From Alphaproteobacteria bacterium (GTDB lineage: Bacteria > Pseudomonadota > Alphaproteobacteria > Bin95), in contig CAXXWS020000003.1 of assembly GCA_963665325.3 (NCBI GenBank), positions 320,001 to 384,000 on the forward strand: DNA of 64,000 nt. Reading direction: 5' to 3'. Both the position numbers and the translations under genes were made by a program. Positions 20,879-31,855 of this stretch are shown piece after piece. The stretch's first letter is position 1, and each line of letters starts with the position of its first letter. The notes below the pieces were generated by a model, which saw nothing but the letters and a program-made list of their open reading frames with translations, did no database searches and was not told the DNA's origin.

Positions 20879-22405
20879 TCAGGCGCCGTCGTCGATGGTG
20901 TGCAATTCCCGGCGCAGGATCTTTCCGGTCGAGTTGACCGGGAGGTCCGGGACGAACTGGATCTGCCGCGGCACCTTGTAGGGGGCCAGGTGCTTGCGGC
21001 AGTGGGCCACGATGCTGTCCACCGTCGGCTCGGCGCCTGGACGCGGCACGATATAGGCCTTGGCGAGCTCGCCCTTCTCCCGGTCCGGCACGCCGCCGAC
21101 GGCCGCCATCGAGACATCGGGATGGGCCGCCAGCACCCGCTCCAGCTCCGCCGGATAGACGTTGAAGCCGGCGGTGTTGATCATGTCCTTCTTGCGGTCC
21201 ACCACCCAGAGGAACCCGTCCTCGTCCCGGGTGGCGACATCGCCGGTGCGGAACCAGCCGTCCTCGTCGAAGGCCTCCTTCGTCGCCGTCTCGTTGCCGT
21301 AATAGCCCATGGGGACGATGGGACCGCGAATCAGCAATTCGCCCGGCTCGCCCACCGGCGCGGTCTGCCTGCTGTCCTCCAGGGCGCCGATGCGCGCCTC
21401 CACATAGGGTATGGCGACGCCGATGGAGCCGAGCCGGCGCTCGCAGGCCGAAGCATGGGTCGTGCCGGGGCCGGCCAGTTCCGTCATGCCCCAGAGCTCC
21501 AGCAAGGTCGCGCCGAACTTCTCCTCGACCTCGGCGGCGGTGGCCGGCGGGATGGTCTGCCCGCCAGTCGTCATCCGCTCGAGGCTCGACAGGTCGTACT
21601 TGCCCAACGCGGGGTCGGCCAACATGTACATGAACCCGGTCGGCACCGCTTCCAGCATGGTCGCGCGGTAGCGTTCGACCGAGCGCAGCATGGCTTCGGC
21701 CTCGAACCGCTCCAGCAGCACCATCGTCGTTCCGCAGAGCAGGCCGCAATTCATCACCACCATGCCGTAAACATGCGAGAGCGGCAGGGCGCTGACGGTG
21801 GTGTCGGCCGCCGTCCGGCCGTGCATCAGCGCGGTCCCCGCCGTGCCGACCGCGATGGCGCGGCCCGACATCATCGCGCCCTTCGGATGGCCGGTCGTGC
21901 CCGAGGTGTAGCCGATGGCACCGAGCTCATCGAGGCCGCGCGGACGCGCCTCGAACTCATCCGGCATGTTGGCGATGAACTCCTCATAGGTCACGGCCCC
22001 GGCCGGCGCCTCGTTCGCCGCGAACACGACCTGTTCCACAGCGGTCTCCGCCAGCGCCTCGAACAAGGCCTCGCCCTTGCCCGGCCCAGCCAGCAGCAGC
22101 TTCGCGCCGCAATTGCCGGCGATATAGCCGATCTCGCCTGCGGTCAGCATGGCGGTGACCGGGTTGAGCACGGCTCCGGCCTTGGCGGTGCCGTAGTAGG
22201 CCGCCATCCAGTCGAACGTATTGGGGGCGCAGAGCGTGACCCGGTCGCCGGGTTCGATGCCCGCGGCCACGAGCGCATTGGCGAAGCGGTTGGCCCGCCG
22301 GTCCAGCGCGTCGAAGCTGTAGGGCACGTCCTCGAAGATCACCGCCGGCCTGTCGCCGAACGCCGCAGCGGCCCTCGCCGGCATCTCGCCGAGTGTCACC
22401 AGCAT
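20879..22405 (-). CDS. AMP-binding acyl-CoA synthetase
   Basis: YTSGTTGHPKG, WGMTE, GWFRTGD, DRKKDMI, NSTGKILRR. Confidence 0.93.
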   Translation of the reverse strand: MLVTLGEMPARAAAAFGDRPAVIFEDVPYSFDALDRRANRFANALVAAGIEPGDRVTLCAPNTFDWMAAYYGTAKAGAVLNPVTAMLTAGEIGYIAGNCGAKLLLAGPGKGEALFEALAETAVEQVVFAANEAPAGAVTYEEFIANMPDEFEARPRGLDELGAIGYTSGTTGHPKGAMMSGRAIAVGTAGTALMHGRTAADTTVSALPLSHVYGMVVMNCGLLCGTTMVLLERFEAEAMLRSVERYRATMLEAVPTGFMYMLADPALGKYDLSSLERMTTGGQTIPPATAAEVEEKFGATLLELWGMTELAGPGTTHASACERRLGSIGVAIPYVEARIGALEDSRQTAPVGEPGELLIRGPIVPMGYYGNETATKEAFDEDGWFRTGDVATRDEDGFLWVVDRKKDMINTAGFNVYPAELERVLAAHPDVSMAAVGGVPDREKGELAKAYIVPRPGAEPTVDSIVAHCRKHLAPYKVPRQIQFVPDLPVNSTGKILRRELHTIDDGA

Positions 22406-22535
22406 CGCCGTCCTCCCTGCTCGATTCCCGTCCTCTTCCATCCCGAAGCCAAAGTCCGGGCGCCGGTCCAGCCTTTCCACCGGGTTCGGGCGGCCTATTA
22501 TCCCCCTCCTCCGGCTTTCGGCAGGAGCGCTCCCA

Positions 22536-24077
22536 TTGGACCGCAGCCCGCTCTACATCTGGCTCGTCACCGCGACGGGGCTGCTGGCATTCTTCACCAT
22601 GGTGTTCTCCAGCACCATGGCGAATGTTGCAATCCCGCATGTCATGGGCGCGTACGGGATCGGGCAGGACCGGGCGCAGTTCCTCGCCACCGCCTTCCTC
22701 GCCACCAACACGGCGAGCCTGCTCATCAACCGCTGGCTGGTCGCCCGCATCGGCCAGCGCAACGCCTTCGCGCTCTCGCTGATCCTGTTCACCGTCGGCA
22801 GCATGATCTGCTGGTGGGCGCCGAATTTCAGCCTGATCGTGTTCGGCCGCATCGTCCAGGGCCTGTCCTCCGGCATCGTGCAGCCGCTCGTCATGGTGGT
22901 GCTGTTCCAGGTCTTCCCGCCGAACCGGCGTGGCCTCGCCATGGGCCTGTTCAGCATGGGCGTGGTGTTCGCGCTCGGCCTCGGACCCGCGATCGGCGGC
23001 CTCGCCATCGACCTGCTGGAATGGCGCTACATTTTCATAGTGCCGCTTCCCGCTGCGGCGATCGCGTTCGCGCTCGGCTTTTTGTTCATCCCCGAGCGGG
23101 AGCAGCGCTCGCCGCCCGAGCCCTTCGACGCGCTCGGCTTCGCACTGATCGCGACCGCCATATTCCTCCTCACCACCGGCATCGCCTCAGGCCAGCGAGA
23201 GGGCTGGTTCTCGGACTACATGCTGGCGATCTGGGGCGGGTTCGTTATCTCCACCCTAGGGTTCGTGCTCTCGCAATGCCGGGCGAACGCCAGCCTGCTC
23301 GACCTCGGCCTGTTCCGGAACCTGCGCTTCGCCGCGGCCGGAACGACCAGCTTCGTCTTCGCCTTCGCCTCCTTCGGCACGGTCTATATCTTCCCCGTCT
23401 TCGGCCAGATCGTGCCGGGCTACACGGCTACGGAGGCCGGCTCCCTGCTGCTGCCCGGCTGCATCGTCGCCTCGCTGCTGCTGCCGCTCGCCGGGCGGCT
23501 TTCGGACCGTTATCCGGCGCCGCTGATCGTCTTCGGCGGCATGGCGGCGGCGTTGGTGAGCGCGGTTTTGATGGCGGGCGCGGACAGCGATACCGCCTTC
23601 TGGACCATTGCGGGCTACCTGCTGGTGAACCGGATCGGCGTCGCCTTCGTCACGCCTGCGATCAACAACACAGCGCTCGCCGCCCTCGAACCCCGGCAGC
23701 TCGACAGCGGCGCGGGCGTGGTGAACCTGCTGCTGATGCTCGGCGGGTCCTGCGGCATCAACATCCTGGTGGTGGTGCTGGAACGGCGCATCGGGCACCA
23801 CAGCGACGCCTTCGCCGCAACCCAGACGGCGGCCAACGACGCCACGCGCGAGCTTCTCGGCCAGGTTGGCGGGCTGCTCGGCCGCGCGGGCCTGCCCGAC
23901 GGTGTGCGCGAACAGGCAGCGCTCGACTATCTGGGCCACATGGTGACCGCGCAGGCGAACATGCTGGGCTTCCAGGACGGTTTCATCGCCATGGCGGTGT
24001 TCTGCCTCTTGCCGATGCTGCCCGTCTGCCTGCTGATCGGCAGCAAGCGACCGGGGGCCGCTCCTATTCGACGGTGA
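22536..24077 (+). CDS. DHA2 family MFS efflux permease (EmrB/QacA-like)
   Basis: Multi-pass TM protein; STMANVAIP, GRIVQGLSSG, GPAIGG, WRYIF. TTG start with AGGAG RBS. Confidence 0.88.
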   Translation: MDRSPLYIWLVTATGLLAFFTMVFSSTMANVAIPHVMGAYGIGQDRAQFLATAFLATNTASLLINRWLVARIGQRNAFALSLILFTVGSMICWWAPNFSLIVFGRIVQGLSSGIVQPLVMVVLFQVFPPNRRGLAMGLFSMGVVFALGLGPAIGGLAIDLLEWRYIFIVPLPAAAIAFALGFLFIPEREQRSPPEPFDALGFALIATAIFLLTTGIASGQREGWFSDYMLAIWGGFVISTLGFVLSQCRANASLLDLGLFRNLRFAAAGTTSFVFAFASFGTVYIFPVFGQIVPGYTATEAGSLLLPGCIVASLLLPLAGRLSDRYPAPLIVFGGMAAALVSAVLMAGADSDTAFWTIAGYLLVNRIGVAFVTPAINNTALAALEPRQLDSGAGVVNLLLMLGGSCGINILVVVLERRIGHHSDAFAATQTAANDATRELLGQVGGLLGRAGLPDGVREQAALDYLGHMVTAQANMLGFQDGFIAMAVFCLLPMLPVCLLIGSKRPGAAPIRR

Positions 24078-25887
24078 CGGACTTGGCGAGGTTGCGGGGC
24101 TGGTCCACATCGGTGCCCTTGGCCACCGCCGTGTGGTAGGCGAGAAGCTGCACCGGGATCGCATAAAGGATCGGCGCGACGAACGGATCGACTGCAGGCA
24201 TCTCCACCGCAGCCTCCGCATGGTCGCCCACGGCCTCTATACCGGCCGCGTCGCTCACCAGGATAACCCGCCCGCCGCGCGCCGCGACCTGGCGGATGTT
24301 GGAGGCGGTCTTGTCGAACAGCCGGTCCGAGGGCGCGATGGCGACCACAGGCACGTCTTCGTCGATGAGCGCGATGGGCCCGTGCTTCAACTCGCCTGCG
24401 GCATGGCCGGCGGCGTGGATATAGGAAAGCTCCTTGAGCTTCAGCGCCCCTTCGAGCGCGATGGCGAAGCTGGTGCCGCGCCCGATATAGAGCACATCGC
24501 GCGCGCCCGCGATGCGGTGCGCCAGCGCCTCGATGCCATCGTCCTGCTCCAGTATGTCCGCCGTGCGCGAGGGCACTTCCAGCAGCGCTTCGGTCAGCCG
24601 CCCGGCTTCCCTCCCGTCTATCGCGCCCCTCGCAAGCGCCGCCGCGATCGCAAGCGCCGCCAGCACGACGAGCTGGGTGGTGAAGGCCTTGGTGGAGGCA
24701 ACGCCGATCTCCGGGCCGGCGAGCGTGTGGATCACGGCATCGCTCTCGCGCGCAATCGCGCTCTCCGCCACATTGACGATGGAGACCGAATGAAGGCCCT
24801 GCCGGCGCGCGTAACGCAGCGCCTCCAGCGTGTCGATGGTCTCGCCCGACTGCGAGATCTGGAGCGCCATGCCGCCCCGATCCAAGGGCGGCTCGCGGTA
24901 GCGCAACTCGGAGGCGATATCGAGATCGACCGGCAGTCGGGCAAGGCTCTCCAGCCAGTATTTCCCGACCAGGCCCGCGTAATAGGCTGTGCCGCAGGCG
25001 GACGCGGTGACACGCCCCACCGAGGCGAAGTCGATGCCGAGCTCCGGGAGCGCAACCGCGCGCGTCAGCGGGTTGAACAGCGCCCGGAGCGTGTCCCCGA
25101 TCACGGTCGGCTGCTCATGGATCTCCTTCTGCATGTAGTGGCGGTAGTTGCCCTTGCCGATCATCGCGCCCGCGAGCCGATTGCGGCGCACGGGCCGTTC
25201 GACCGCGCGGCCCTCGGCATCGCGCACCTCCGCCCCGCTGCGCGAGAAAATCGCCCGGTCGCCTTCTTCGAGGAAGGCGATGCGGTCCGTGAAAGGCGCA
25301 AGCGCAAGCGCATCGGAGCCGAGGAACATCTCGCCCTCGCCCGGACCGAAGGCGAGCGGGCTGCCCCGCCGCGCGCCGATCATCAGGTCCTGCTCGCCGG
25401 CGAACAGAATGGCGAGCGCGAACGCCCCTTCCAGCCGCTTCAGCGCTGCATCGGTCGCGGAAACGGGGTCCATTCCCCGTTCGAGATTGCGGGTGATGAG
25501 CTGCGCCACGGCTTCCGTGTCGGTCTCGGTGACGAAGGTGCAGCCCTCCGCCTCGAGCTCGCGGCGCAAGGCCAGGAAGTTCTCGACGATGCCGTTATGG
25601 ACCACCGCCACGCGGCCGGTGGCATGCGGATGGGCATTGGTTTCGTTGGCCGCGCCGTGCGTCGCCCAGCGCGTATGGCCGATGCCGGAAGCTCCTTCCA
25701 CCGGCTTCGCCGCCACCAGGTCGCGCAGGCGGTCGATCTTGCCCTCCGCGCGCCGGCGGCGGATAGCTCCGTTGTCCAACACCGCGATGCCGGCGGAATC
25801 GTAGCCGCGATATTCGAGCCGCCTCAGCGCATCGATCAGCGGCCACGCGACCGGCCCGCTCCCGAGAATGCCGATAATGCCGCACAT
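24064..25887 (-). CDS. glmS: glutamine-fructose-6-phosphate transaminase
   Basis: MCGIIG, LEYRGYDSAG, GHTRWATHG, GELKHGP, PRNLAKSVTVE. Confidence 0.98.
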   Translation of the reverse strand: MCGIIGILGSGPVAWPLIDALRRLEYRGYDSAGIAVLDNGAIRRRRAEGKIDRLRDLVAAKPVEGASGIGHTRWATHGAANETNAHPHATGRVAVVHNGIVENFLALRRELEAEGCTFVTETDTEAVAQLITRNLERGMDPVSATDAALKRLEGAFALAILFAGEQDLMIGARRGSPLAFGPGEGEMFLGSDALALAPFTDRIAFLEEGDRAIFSRSGAEVRDAEGRAVERPVRRNRLAGAMIGKGNYRHYMQKEIHEQPTVIGDTLRALFNPLTRAVALPELGIDFASVGRVTASACGTAYYAGLVGKYWLESLARLPVDLDIASELRYREPPLDRGGMALQISQSGETIDTLEALRYARRQGLHSVSIVNVAESAIARESDAVIHTLAGPEIGVASTKAFTTQLVVLAALAIAAALARGAIDGREAGRLTEALLEVPSRTADILEQDDGIEALAHRIAGARDVLYIGRGTSFAIALEGALKLKELSYIHAAGHAAGELKHGPIALIDEDVPVVAIAPSDRLFDKTASNIRQVAARGGRVILVSDAAGIEAVGDHAEAAVEMPAVDPFVAPILYAIPVQLLAYHTAVAKGTDVDQPRNLAKSVTVE

Positions 25888-25900
25888 GCGCCGCCCCCGG

Positions 25901-27244
25901 TCAGTCGCCGGAGGACTGGCGGTTGCGCCGCATGCGCAGCCGGGCGGCCCAGCCCTTGCGTTCGGTCTGCTCGGCGCGTTCCACCACCAGCGCGTCCGCC
26001 TCGACATTGCGGCTGACGGTCGAGCCCGCGCCCACCACGGCGCCGGGGCCGACGGAGACGGGGGCAACCAGCGCGGTGTTGGAGCCGATGAAGGCGCCCG
26101 CGCCAATCTCGGTCCGGTGCTTGCGGAAGCCGTCATAGTTGCAGGTGATCGTGCCCGCGCCGATATTGGCACCCGCGCCGACATGGGCATCGCCGATATA
26201 GGCGAGATGGTTCGCCTTTGAGCCCGCCTCCAGCACGGCGTTCTTCACCTCGACGAAGTTGCCGACTCCGGCTCCGGGCCCGACATCGGCGCCGGGCCGG
26301 AGCCGTGCATAGGGGCCGACTCGCGCGCCGGAACGCACGACCGCTCCCTTCAGGTGGCAGAAAGCCCGGATTTCCGCGCCCTCCTCCACCGTCACCCCAG
26401 TCAGGAACACGGTGTTCGGGCCGACGGTCACATCCCTGCCGAAGCGCGTGTCGTAGCTGAGATAGACTGTTTCCGGCATCGGCATGGTGACGCCGGCGGC
26501 GAAGGCACGCTCCCGGAGCCGGCGCTGCATCGCGGCCTCGGCACCGGCGAGTTCGGCGCGCGAGTTGATGCCCAGCGCCTCCTCCTCGGCGGCTTCGACC
26601 AGCGCGGTATTCAGTCCGTCCGCCCGCGCGAGCGCCACGATGTCGGTCAGGTAGTATTCGCCCTTGGCATTGTCGTTGCCGACCCGCTCGAGCAGGGAGA
26701 AGAGGAAACGCCCGTCAACCGCCATGATGCCGGAATTGCAGACCGGCAGCGCGCGCACATCCGGCCCGGCGTCGCGCCATTCCACGATCGCTTCCGGCTT
26801 TCCCCCGGCATCCTGCACGACGCGGCCGTACTGGTTGGCGCCGGAGGGGCGCATCCCCAGCACGGCGACGGCGGCGCCGTCTGCCAGCGAATCCGCGAGT
26901 GCCTGCATTGTCGAGGCCCGGAGCAGCGGCGTATCGGCGAACAGCACCAGCACGGTCCCGTCGAAGCCGGCCAGCGCGTCGCGGGCGGCAAGCACGGCAT
27001 GGGCGGTGCCGAGGGGTTCGGCCTGCACGGCCGTCTCCGCCGGCACGGCCGCGGCCGCTACCCGGTCCATGCCGGGCCCGGTGATGCAGACCGCCCGTTG
27101 CGGCGCAAGTTCGCCCAGCGTGTCGAGCACATGGGCGATCATCGTCCGCCCCGCGATTTCATGCAGCACCTTCGGCGTGGAAGAGCGCATGCGCTCGCCC
27201 CTGCCTGCCGCCAGCACCACCGCCGCGAGCGCCCGCCGCGCCAT
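25901..27244 (-). CDS. glmU: bifunctional UDP-GlcNAc pyrophosphorylase/acetyltransferase
   Basis: LAAGRGERMRS, EYYLTD, VGNFVEVK, IGAGTITCNYDG. Confidence 0.97.
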   Translation of the reverse strand: MARRALAAVVLAAGRGERMRSSTPKVLHEIAGRTMIAHVLDTLGELAPQRAVCITGPGMDRVAAAAVPAETAVQAEPLGTAHAVLAARDALAGFDGTVLVLFADTPLLRASTMQALADSLADGAAVAVLGMRPSGANQYGRVVQDAGGKPEAIVEWRDAGPDVRALPVCNSGIMAVDGRFLFSLLERVGNDNAKGEYYLTDIVALARADGLNTALVEAAEEEALGINSRAELAGAEAAMQRRLRERAFAAGVTMPMPETVYLSYDTRFGRDVTVGPNTVFLTGVTVEEGAEIRAFCHLKGAVVRSGARVGPYARLRPGADVGPGAGVGNFVEVKNAVLEAGSKANHLAYIGDAHVGAGANIGAGTITCNYDGFRKHRTEIGAGAFIGSNTALVAPVSVGPGAVVGAGSTVSRNVEADALVVERAEQTERKGWAARLRMRRNRQSSGD

Positions 27245-27333
27245 GTCTGTCCCTCCGGTCTGCGAACCCGGCCCAAAACTATGCGAAACTCATTGCGGCG
27301 CAATCGGCCGCGGTTCAAGCTTTGTTGCGGATT

Positions 27334-27984
27334 ATGACAATCGAAACCGTCATCTTCGATCTCGACGGCACGCTGGTGGACAGCGCCGCGGATATCGCCT
27401 TCGCAGCGAACGCGGCGCTGACGGGCGAGGGCCTTGAACCGGTCACGAGCGAGGAGGCCGCGGGCCTGATCGGCGACGGCGCCCGCAAGGCCGTCCAGCG
27501 CGCCTTCGCGCTGCGCGGGGGCCCTGCGGACAGGGATGCCCTCGACCGCGGCGAACGCGCCTTCTCACAGGCCTATGTCGACCCCGGCCAGCCGATTCTC
27601 GGCCGGCTCTATTCCGGCGTGCCGGAGACGCTCGCGCGGATGGCCCGCGCCGGGATCGCTCTCGGTGTGTGCACCAACAAGCCGCTGGCGGCGGCCCGCC
27701 ATACGCTTTCCGCCCTGGACATTGCGGATCGTTTTGCGGTGCTGGTCGGCGGCGACTGCACATCCTTCCGCAAGCCCGATCCCCGCCATCTGCTCGCCTG
27801 TCTGCAGCCGCTCGGCGGCCGGCCCGAGACGTCCGCCATGGTCGGCGACTCGACGAATGACGAAGAGGCCGCACGCAGCGCCGGCATCGCCTTCGTCGGC
27901 GTGACTTTCGGTTACGGCCGGCTGAGCGGAGCGGCGCACGTCGTGGACCGCTTTTGCGATATTCCCGAGGCTCTCGGCCTCTGA
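27334..27984 (+). CDS. gph: HAD hydrolase, phosphoglycolate phosphatase-like
   Basis: FDLDGTLVDS, CTNKP, KPDP, MVGDS; divergent from glmU. Confidence 0.8.
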   Translation: MTIETVIFDLDGTLVDSAADIAFAANAALTGEGLEPVTSEEAAGLIGDGARKAVQRAFALRGGPADRDALDRGERAFSQAYVDPGQPILGRLYSGVPETLARMARAGIALGVCTNKPLAAARHTLSALDIADRFAVLVGGDCTSFRKPDPRHLLACLQPLGGRPETSAMVGDSTNDEEAARSAGIAFVGVTFGYGRLSGAAHVVDRFCDIPEALGL

Positions 27985-28021
27985 CCCGCGTTCCACCAGA
28001 CCGGCAAGGACCCTTCCCGCC

Positions 28022-28822
28022 ATGGCTCACGAATATGTCACCCTCGCGCGCGAGGGCCGCGTCGCGACCGTCACCTTCGACCGGGGCAACCGGCTCAACC
28101 CGCTTTCCCTTCAGGCCATCGAGGAGCTGACGGACGTTGCGCTGGGTTTCTCCGCCGATCTCGAAACCTCGGCCATCGTGCTGCGCACGCCCGACGGCAG
28201 CGGCTTCTCGGCCGGGCGCGACCTGTCGGACCCCGCGATGGAACTGCGCCGCGACAAGCCGATGCTCGCCCGGCGCCATGCGGCCGGGGCGGGCAAGCGC
28301 CTCTGCGCCGCCTGGGAGGGGCTTGAGCAGTTCACCATTGCCGCGATCGAGCGCTTCGCCATCGGCGGCGGGCTCGCGCTGGCGGCCGCATTCGACCTCC
28401 GCGTGATGGGCGCCAGCGCGCATTTCCGCGCGCCGGAGGTGGCGCTCGGCCTCTCCATGAGCTGGGGCACGATTCCGCGCCTCGTGGCGCTTGTCGGGCC
28501 GGCGCGCGCCAAGCAGATCCTCTGCCTCGGCAACGACCGCATCGAGGCGGCCGACGCGCTCGCCTGGGGGCTGGCGCAGGAGGTCGTGGAGGACGGCCAG
28601 GCGCCGACGCGCGCGCTCGAACTCGCGACCCGCGCCGCTGCCATGCCGCCCGTGCCGCTGCGCATGACCAAGACCACCGTCAACGCCATTGCCGGCGCAC
28701 TCGCCGGGGCCGCCATCCATATGGATACGGAGGAGGTCATGCTGACCGAACTGACCGAGGACTTCGCCGAGGGCGTCGCCGCCTTCCGGGAGACGCGCCC
28801 GGCCAATTTCCGGGGGGCCTGA
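28022..28822 (+). CDS. enoyl-CoA hydratase/isomerase family protein
   Basis: FSAGRDL, AIGGGLALAAAFDLR, PEVALG, EGVAAFRE. Confidence 0.92.
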   Translation: MAHEYVTLAREGRVATVTFDRGNRLNPLSLQAIEELTDVALGFSADLETSAIVLRTPDGSGFSAGRDLSDPAMELRRDKPMLARRHAAGAGKRLCAAWEGLEQFTIAAIERFAIGGGLALAAAFDLRVMGASAHFRAPEVALGLSMSWGTIPRLVALVGPARAKQILCLGNDRIEAADALAWGLAQEVVEDGQAPTRALELATRAAAMPPVPLRMTKTTVNAIAGALAGAAIHMDTEEVMLTELTEDFAEGVAAFRETRPANFRGA

Positions 28823-28987
28823 CCGGCCCGGCCACGCAGGAACGAATACGGCACGACTGGCCCCGCCCGGCCGGCCAGTGCTATGTTGCGGAGCGCCGCC
28901 GGGCGGGGAGTCCGGGCGGAAGCCCCGAAAAGGACAGCGCATGACGGACAGGATTGACGAAGGCGGCAGCGCGGCCGGCCGGCGGCG

Positions 28988-30151
28988 ATGAACGCCCCGC
29001 TTGCGCCTTACGCCGCCTCGCCGTCGGACGTGCGGGGCCGGCGCTATCCGGAACCGGAGTCCGGCGACCGCACGCCGTTCCAGCGCGACCGCGACCGCAT
29101 CCTCCATTCCACCGCATTCCGCCGCCTGCAATACAAGACCCAGGTCTTCGTCTGCGACGAGGGCGACCACTATCGCAGCCGGCTGACGCACTCGCTCGAA
29201 GTCGGCCAGATCGCGCGCGGCATCTGCCGGAGCCTCGCGCTCGAGGAAACGCTGGCCGAGACGCTGGCGCTGGCGCACGACCTCGGCCACACCCCCTTCG
29301 GCCATGCGGGCGAAGCCGCGCTGGCTGCGGCGCTCGGCGGCTTCGGAGGCTTCGACCACAATGTGCAGACGCTGCGCATCGTCACCCGGCTGGAGGCCCG
29401 CTACGCCGCTTTCGACGGCCTCAACCTGACCTGGGAGACGCTGGAGGGCCTTGCCAAGCATAACGGGCCGGTCGCGCCCGGCGCCGTTCCGGCGCCCATT
29501 GCCAACCTGGATTGCGAGCTTGGGCTCCGGCTCGATGAGTGGCCGGGACTCGAAGCGCAGGCCGCCGCGCTCGCCGACGACATCGCCTACAATAACCACG
29601 ATATCGACGACGGCGTGCGCGCCGGGCTGATAGACCTCGACGACCTGCACGACCTGCCCCTGTTCGGGACCGCGCTGGCAGAGGTGGAAGGGTGCTACGG
29701 AAAGCTGCCGCCGGCGCGCCTCATCCACGAGACAGTGCGCCGGGGGGTGCGCGCCATGGTGGCCGACACGGTGGGCGAGACCCGCCGGCGGCTCGCCGAG
29801 ACCCGGCCCGAGAGCGCCGACGATGTCCGCAGGGCAGGCCGGCCGCTGGTCGCCTTTTCGGATTCCATGGCGGAGGCGGAGCAGGCGCTCAAGAGCTTCC
29901 TGCACAAGCGGCTCTACCGCCATCCGCATGTGGCGGCGGAGACCGAGCAGGCAGGGGTCGTGGTGACGGATCTGTTCCGTTCACTCTTTGCCCGGCCCGA
30001 GGCGCTGCCCCCGGAATGGCAGAGCCGCACGGACAGCGCAAACGCCTGTCGGACGGCGCGCGTCGTGGCGGACTATATTGCCGGCATGACCGACCGCTAC
30101 GCATTCCGGGAACACGCCCGCCTCTGCAATGGAGACCGGCGACCGCGATGA
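28988..30151 (+). CDS. dgt: deoxyguanosinetriphosphate triphosphohydrolase
   Basis: [47 protein letters not shown]. Confidence 0.96.
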   Translation: MNAPLAPYAASPSDVRGRRYPEPESGDRTPFQRDRDRILHSTAFRRLQYKTQVFVCDEGDHYRSRLTHSLEVGQIARGICRSLALEETLAETLALAHDLGHTPFGHAGEAALAAALGGFGGFDHNVQTLRIVTRLEARYAAFDGLNLTWETLEGLAKHNGPVAPGAVPAPIANLDCELGLRLDEWPGLEAQAAALADDIAYNNHDIDDGVRAGLIDLDDLHDLPLFGTALAEVEGCYGKLPPARLIHETVRRGVRAMVADTVGETRRRLAETRPESADDVRRAGRPLVAFSDSMAEAEQALKSFLHKRLYRHPHVAAETEQAGVVVTDLFRSLFARPEALPPEWQSRTDSANACRTARVVADYIAGMTDRYAFREHARLCNGDRRPR

Positions 30152-31851
30152 ACGTCTTTCGCGAGCTTGGACAGGCCGTACGCGACGCCCGCAGCAATGT
30201 CGTCGGCGCACTCGATGCGCCGGCGACCGTGGAGCTGCCGCGCGACCCGGCGCATGGCGATTTCTCGTCGAATACGGCCATGACAACGGCCCGCGCCGCC
30301 GGCATGAAGCCGCGCGACCTGGCGGAAGCCCTTGCCGAACGCCTCCGCGCGGACAAGAGGTTCGCAAACGCCGAGGTGGCAGGCCCCGGCTTCGTCAACC
30401 TGCGCATGACGCCGGCTTTCTGGCAGGCGAAGGTTCCCGAAATCCTGGCGGCCGGCGAAGTCTATGGAGACTCGGACCTCGGGGCGGGCCGCAAGGTCAA
30501 TGTCGAGTATGTCTCCACCAACCCGACCGGCCCGCTGCATGTCGGCCATGCGCGCGGCGCCGTATTCGGCGATGCGCTCGCCCGCCTGCTCGCCAGGGCC
30601 GGCTATGCGGTCACCACCGAGTATTACATCAACGATGCCGGCGCGCAGGTGGATGCGCTCGCCCGCTCCGTCCACCACCGCTATCTGGAGGCGCTGGGCG
30701 CGGCGCCCGGCGCGATGACGGAGGAGATGTATCCGGGCGACTACCTGGAACCCGTGGGCGCGGCGCTCGCTAATGAATTCGGCGCGCGCTACCGGGACGC
30801 CGCCGAGAGCGAGTGGCTGGCGCCGTTCCGCGAGCGCGCCGTCGCGGCGATGATGGCGGCGATCCGCGAGGACCTCGCCGCCGCCGGCATCGAGCAGGAG
30901 GTGTTCGCGTCCGAACGCGCGCTCGTCGAATCGGGCGGCGTCGAGCGCGCCATTGCCGGGCTGGAGGAAAAGGGGCTGGTCTATTGGGGCGTGCTGGACC
31001 CGCCCAAAGGCAGGAAGCCCGAAGACTGGGAGCCCGGCCGCCGGCAGATGCTGTTCCGCTCGACCGAGGCAGGCGACGATGTGGACCGGCCGCTGAAGAA
31101 GTCGGACGGCGGCTGGACCTATTTCGCCTCCGACATCGCCTACCACATGGACAAGGCGGCGCGCGGCTTCGAGGAGTTCATAGATGTCTGGGGCGCCGAC
31201 CATGGCGGCTATGTCAAGCGGATGCAGGCGGCGGTGTCGGCCGCGACCGGCGTCGGGCTCGACGTAAAGATCTGCCAGCTGGTGCGCGTGCTGCGCGGCG
31301 GCGAGCTGGTGCGCATGTCGAAGCGCAGCGGCGACTTCGTGACCTTGAAGGAGGTGGTGGACGAGGTCGGGCGGGACGCACTGCGCTTCCTGATGCTCAC
31401 CCGCCGCAACGATGCGCCGCTCGATTTCGACCTCGCCCAGGCGGTGGCGCAGTCGCGCGACAATCCGGTGTTCTACGTCCAGTACGCCCATGCCCGTTGC
31501 TGCTCCGTGCTGCGCCACGGCGAGGGGATCGGACCGGCGGACGCAGAGGATCTTGCGCATCTGGAAGCGCCCGAGGAACTGGCGCTGATCCGCCGGCTCG
31601 CGGCGTGGCCGCATACGGTCGAATCGGCTGCCGAGGCGCATGAGCCGCACCGCGCGGCCTTCTACCTGATGGATGTCGCGACCGACTTCCACGCGCTCTG
31701 GACGAAAGGCCGGGAGAATACGCGGCTGCGCTTCATCCAGGACGACGATCCGGCCGGAACGCGCGCCCGGCTGGCGCTTGTCCGCGCGACCGCAATCGTG
31801 ATCGCCGGAGGGCTCTGGACGCTCGGCGTCGAGCCGGTGGAACGGATGTAG
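30148..31851 (+). CDS. argS: arginine-tRNA ligase
   Basis: [41 protein letters not shown]. Confidence 0.97.
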   Translation: MNVFRELGQAVRDARSNVVGALDAPATVELPRDPAHGDFSSNTAMTTARAAGMKPRDLAEALAERLRADKRFANAEVAGPGFVNLRMTPAFWQAKVPEILAAGEVYGDSDLGAGRKVNVEYVSTNPTGPLHVGHARGAVFGDALARLLARAGYAVTTEYYINDAGAQVDALARSVHHRYLEALGAAPGAMTEEMYPGDYLEPVGAALANEFGARYRDAAESEWLAPFRERAVAAMMAAIREDLAAAGIEQEVFASERALVESGGVERAIAGLEEKGLVYWGVLDPPKGRKPEDWEPGRRQMLFRSTEAGDDVDRPLKKSDGGWTYFASDIAYHMDKAARGFEEFIDVWGADHGGYVKRMQAAVSAATGVGLDVKICQLVRVLRGGELVRMSKRSGDFVTLKEVVDEVGRDALRFLMLTRRNDAPLDFDLAQAVAQSRDNPVFYVQYAHARCCSVLRHGEGIGPADAEDLAHLEAPEELALIRRLAAWPHTVESAAEAHEPHRAAFYLMDVATDFHALWTKGRENTRLRFIQDDDPAGTRARLALVRATAIVIAGGLWTLGVEPVERM

Positions 31852-31855
31852 GGCC

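Noticed and set aside
20069-24139. Very long antisense or alternate-frame ORFs (e.g. 1356 aa here, 1043 aa at 4107-7238, 828 aa at 27443-29929)
   Set aside because: They are shadow ORFs of real genes in high-GC DNA, Arg/Ala/Pro-rich and without family motifs.
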